Below are positions 59,466 to 64,000 of a stretch of DNA of 64,000 nt, piece after piece. The DNA is taken from contig CAVNZM010000005.1 of NCBI GenBank assembly GCA_963693365.1, forward strand, positions 4,471,167-4,535,166, in the 5' to 3' direction. The stretch comes from Amoebidium appalachense. Taxonomy: Eukaryota; Protista; Ichthyosporea. A program made the translations under genes and the position numbers. Positions within the stretch are counted from its first letter, which is position 1, and each line of letters opens with the position of its first letter. The notes under the pieces are model-generated. The model had not been told where the DNA came from and searched no databases. It worked only from the letters and a program-made list of their open reading frames with translations.

Positions 59466-60095
59466 GTTGATAGGCAGATAACATAAGCACAGAAGCACAG
59501 AAGCAAAGAAGCAAAGAAGCAAGGAAGCAAGGAAGCAAAGAAGCAAAGAAGCAATTCGACAGTAAGACCCACCGACCGGGGGAGGAGGGGGGGGGGGAGG
59601 GAATGATGATACAGGAGGGGAAAACAAGGGACGGGGACGGAGGGGGGAACGGGGGGAGGGGGGTGTTTGCTTCCCGGGGGTGGGGGGGGAGGGGAAGGAG
59701 GGGGGGGGGGGGGGGGGGAGGGGGGGGGGTGTTGATAGGCAAATAACCGAAGAAGCACAGAAGGACAGAAGCAAAGAAGCAAAGGAGGAAAGAAACAAAG
59801 AAGCACAGAAGCAAAGAAGCAAAGAAGCAGAGAAACAAAGAAGCACAGAAGCAAAGAAGCAAAGAAGCACAGAAGGACAGATGCAAAGAAGAAAAGAAGC
59901 AAAGAAGCAAGGAAGCAAGGAAGCACAGCAGCAAAGAAGCAAGGAAGTACAGAAGCAAAGAAGCAAATAAGCAATCTCGACAGTAAGACCGACCGACCGA
60001 GGGAGGGGGGGGGGGAAGGGGGGGGGGGGGGGGAGGGGGGGAGGAGGGGGTTGATGATACAGGAGGGGAAAACAAGGGCTGGGGACGGAGGGGAA

Positions 60096-60133
<38 letters not shown>

Positions 60134-60135
60134 GA
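58100..60135. repeat. Higher-order tandem array of ~400-550-bp degenerate units: (AGAAGCAA)n + TCGACAGTAAGACCCACCGACCG + G-tracts + TGATGATAC + TGTTTGCTTCC
   Basis: Anchor motifs recur at ~58360, 58803, 59237, 59556 and 59977. Confidence 0.8.
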
Positions 60136-61740
60136 CATGCCGTATTTCCTGACATAGCTGTCCAGTAAAAATTCAGCCGGATCCACTGAGGTAGCCCTCT
60201 TCTGAGGATTTAACTTGTCCCCTGCATAAACACCAATCCGTGACGCATGGCGCCACACTACTATGAAGGGCTTGCCGTCTGTCCGCCGGCGGAGCACCGT
60301 ACCATGTTCAATTCCCCCTGTCCCCCGCCGCCTCTCCTATCCTCCTGCACCCCCCCTCCTCTACCCCCCCCCCCCTCCTCCCCCCGCGCCCCTCCCCCCC
60401 CCCCCCCCCCCTTTTTTTTTTTTTTTCAACAGAGGCAACCGCCGCCGGATTCATGTTTCACCACACCCGGCTGTTTCAGAGGTTGGAACACTTGCCTACC
60501 CACACTCCCACACTGCCTCTTATCACCGGTAGGGCAACAAAGTGCTGTTGTATCTTTCAAAGTTTAACGATTTCCGTGGACGCTACACATCTTTAAGTAT
60601 GCTCCTTGCTAAACGTTGCCTATGCGAGTGCGTACTGAGGCAAGGTGGCTGGCTGAGCCCTCGGAACTGCGCACTTTTGGGCGTACGAAACTGTAGGGTT
60701 CGATGCGCATTATGGCGCAATGAGCGCCATCGTATCATATACTACGATGGCGCTCATTGTTGCCTAGCATGTACATATGCCACTGGAAGATATAAAAGTA
60801 TACGAACTAATGATATTTTACTCAAACCATCTTAGAAACGTATGTAGACAAGACATATACCTGTCGGCATATGCAATTTATTTGAGCTTTTTCTATTGAT
60901 TTTGAGCCAAGATAGAGTTGTGTTAGAGCTGGCCGGCTGCCGGCCAAATCAATTGTGCTAGCCTGAATTCGAAAGGCAAAATTCTCGTCAGGCATACAGC
61001 GATGATCTGGGGGGAGGAAGTTTAGGGAGCGCGTCTGGATACCCATCATGGTGGCCAAACCAGTGGGATAAACTGCGGGTAAGTTATTGGATCGCGAGAT
61101 TTATAGGATCTATTTTTCCGGATGGGTCAATCAACGATGTCCGACACCATAGGCCCTACATAGAGTCACTCTGTTCTGTCGAGCTGGCGATAGCGGTCAC
61201 ACTTTGCGACGGCCGCCCAAATTTCAAAATGTCAAATATGGAAGGTATTTTGGTTGTTGAGGATGTCACATGACCATGGCGCAAACGTATTGGTTCTTCT
61301 GCAGACTCAAAAAAAGTTGCAGCGAAAGTGCCACGGCAGCGCTTTTTCTTTCAAGTGTGAAGGTTGACTGAGAGTGGAAACCTTAGGTCAGAAGGCGAGG
61401 GAACGAAACTAAGGGGTGGAAAGGTTTATAAGGTTATAAGCAAATAGGCAAGTATTGCGGTTGTAAGGCTTTTGCCGATAGTTCACAACTCATATACCGA
61501 ATGGTTGTTGTGCCTTAGGAACTCGGGAGTTATAGAGCCAGCGAACGTGTCTGTAGCCTCATTCCCCCTTTCCCGCATTTTTGTAGCTAGAGCAGTTGGA
61601 TTTTGGAGGTGAATGGTACAGAGTATTTCATAACAGAGCAATCTTAACCTTTTGCGATTTCACATCACCTGCCAGGCCACTTTCGTTTTTTGTGACACTC
61701 GTCCCTTTGCACAGGTGTGGGTACAACCACAAATCCCACC

Positions 61741-62266
61741 ATGAAGATCAAGGAGGTCCACAGGACGGCCAACGTGGCCTGGAGCACGGCCAAGCAGGAC
61801 AAGATTCTGCTGGCGGCAGGTGAGTGGTGGTGCCATGTTTTAAGTTAGGCGGTGTTGTTGTGCATGCTGTTTGCCAATTCGTGTTATTTGTTGTGCGCGC
61901 TGGGTGTTACCCTGTATGTGTGCTTGTGAGTCCACGTGTCGATGCATGGGTGCGATTGTGCCTGTGTGTGTGTGTGCGTGTGCGTGTGCGTATGCGTGTG
62001 CGTGTGCGTGTGCGTGTGCTTGTGTGTGTGTGCGTGCGTGCGCGCACGGGGTATGTTTGCGTGTGGTGGGGTGTGTGCGCGAGCAACGCGTGTGTGTGTC
62101 TGTGTGTCTCTGTGCGCGTGTGTGGATGTTTTTGTGTGGGGCGGGGTGTGTGCGGCCGCTGTGTGTGTGTGTGTGTGTGTGTCTGTGTGTGTTTGTGCGT
62201 GTCCATCTCAATGTGTGTATAGGCACGTGTGCGTCGATGTGTGGGTGCTCCCCCTTCCGCCCCCCT

Positions 62267-62298
<32 letters not shown>

Positions 62299-63020
62299 CC
62301 CCCCCCCCCCCCCCCCCCCCCCCCGCCAAAAAAACACCCACTTGACTCTCACCCCCTGCCCCCCCCCCCCCCCTCCCCCCTCCTGTCACGTCTCCCTAAC
62401 CTTTTTTTCGTCCGGTTCAGATCTTTTGCCTGGATTGCTGTTTGTAACGTTATGTTAGCTCACCTTGTAGAGCACGGCAACCTCGGGCTTTTTAATGGAC
62501 TAAATTCATCCCTTACCCTTTCCAGCCCCGTTTCCTGCCCAGGCTTTTAGACGGTTGGATAACTGTAGAGTAGGTATGGATATTCTGGTGACACAGCATT
62601 TTCTAGGCACGGCGGCACAGCAGCTGGATGCTTCTTTTAGCACTAATGCCGAGCTGGAGATCTTTGACCCTGAAGTGAGCACTAGCTCCATGGAAATGAA
62701 ATGCCTGGGCAAGATAACCACGTCACAGAGGTGAGCAAAATCTCAATCCAACTGGTTGTGAAGCTGGTTTGTGTCTGGGGTGCGTGGCTGTTTAGTTTGT
62801 GTCAGTAGGTGTGTTGGTGTGGTGCCGGAGGGAAGGAGGGGAGGAGGGGGGGGGGGGGGGGGGGGGGGAGGCAGGGGAGGCCCTGATGTCCTGGCTTTTT
62901 AAGATTTGCTGGGGCCCTGGGGGAGGAGGGGGGGGGGGGGGGGGTAAGGTGGGGAAGAAAGGGGGTGGCCGAGAGATGGGTTGCAAACGTCGAGGTTGAG
63001 CACCGGAGTACGAGATCCCC

Positions 63021-63051
<31 letters not shown>

Positions 63052-64000
63052 ACACCTCTCCGTCTCTCTCTTTCTCGCTCTCTCCCCCTCCCTCCCTCTC
63101 TCCCACTCTCCCTTCCTTCCTCTCTCTCGCCCTTGCCACCCGCTCTTGCTATGTTGCTCCCCCCCTCCCCCCCCCCCCCCCACCTCCACCCCCTCCTTTC
63201 TCAACCCCCATCTTTCTCTCTCTCCTTCTCTTCCCCCCCCTCTTTCTCTTCTCTTTATATCTCCTTCTCCTCTCTCCCCCTCCCTCCCCTCCCCCCACCT
63301 TTCTTTTTTTTGGGGGAGGTGGGGGGAAGGGAGGGGGTAAAGGGGTTTGGTGAGGAATGCACGAAAGGTTCGGCAGGGAATTATGCTGTAATGACTGTAT
63401 GTGGGGCTGCAGGTTCCACAGCCTGGCCTGGGGTGGGCTTGGTGTAGGAACTACCGAGCTGCCCTACGGTGTGATTGGTGGCGGCATGGACAACGGCACA
63501 CTGATGCTGTGGGACCCTGCAAAGATCGTCAGGTGTGTACTTGTGGTTCAAGGGGGGGAGGGTGGGGGGAGGGGGGTTGCATGTGCGCGCGTGTGTGCGT
63601 GCATGGTGGTGGTGGTGGTGGTGTGTGTGTATGTTTGGGTGGGGGGGGGGCATTGGAGGGGTGTGGTGCTGAAGGAGAGGTTGTGTGTCTCTTCGTGTCT
63701 GTGTGTGGTGGTGGTGGTGGTGGGGAGGGGGGAGGGGCCGCAGGGGTCATGCATGCACAGGTGTGTGTGTGTGTGTGTAGTGGTGGAGGTGGTAGTGGTG
63801 TGTTTGTTTGGGGGGGGGGGGGGGGGGGGGTTGTCACAAGGCATATGTACGAGGTCTGTGCCGATGGAACGGTGTCGATTATCCCCCCACCCACCCACCC
63901 ACCCACCCACCCACCCCCTCTTCCCACTGTCTGACTGTGTGCCGGACATAGCGGGAATGGCCAGGATGCCCTGAGGGCGCAGGTGACCCACCACACAGGG
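61741..64000 (+). CDS. SEC31: COPII outer-coat subunit Sec31, 5' part. Exons 61741-61819, 62607-62730, 63413-63532, 63952->64000
   Basis: Spliced product MKIKEVHRTANVAWS...LLAAGTAAQQLDASFSTNAELEIFD...RFHSLAWG...GVIGGGMDNGTLMLWDPAKI matches the conserved Sec31 N-terminus. Confidence 0.93.

Noticed and set aside
60137-61058. Possible minus-strand gene divergent from SEC31 (exon-like pieces 60822-61058 and 60137-60300)
   Set aside because: No consistent splice model or recognisable domain could be built. Needs RNA-seq.

Overview
Eukaryotic genomic DNA from an intron-rich organism, probably a protist or unicellular opisthokont (inference). Introns and intergenic DNA are full of poly-G/poly-C tracts and (CA)n/(GA)n microsatellites, so most ORF-track entries are artefacts. 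Manual splicing recovers the 3' part of a FYVE-finger gene (+), a probable multi-pass membrane protein gene (-), a large PPR-like gene (-), a spliced gene resembling DIRS/Ngaro Gag (+), a GH114 glycoside hydrolase (+), a Smaug/Vts1-type SAM protein (-), a 7-exon HP1 (-) and the 5' end of SEC31 (+). Mobile DNA comprises an endonuclease-less LINE RT ORF with a (CA)n tail, a ~445-bp foldback, and a nest of Penelope-like element (PLE) pieces at ~52.5-60.1 kb with a Naiad/Chlamys-type RT fragment, tandem terminal repeats ending on (C)n, and an AGAAGCAA satellite. The top lead is a covarying, pseudoknotted RNA in the PLE terminal repeats. It carries all three hammerhead core strands in reversed (non-circularly permuted) order with a discontinuous stem II. 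The second lead is the apparently domesticated, intron-containing DIRS/Ngaro-type gag.
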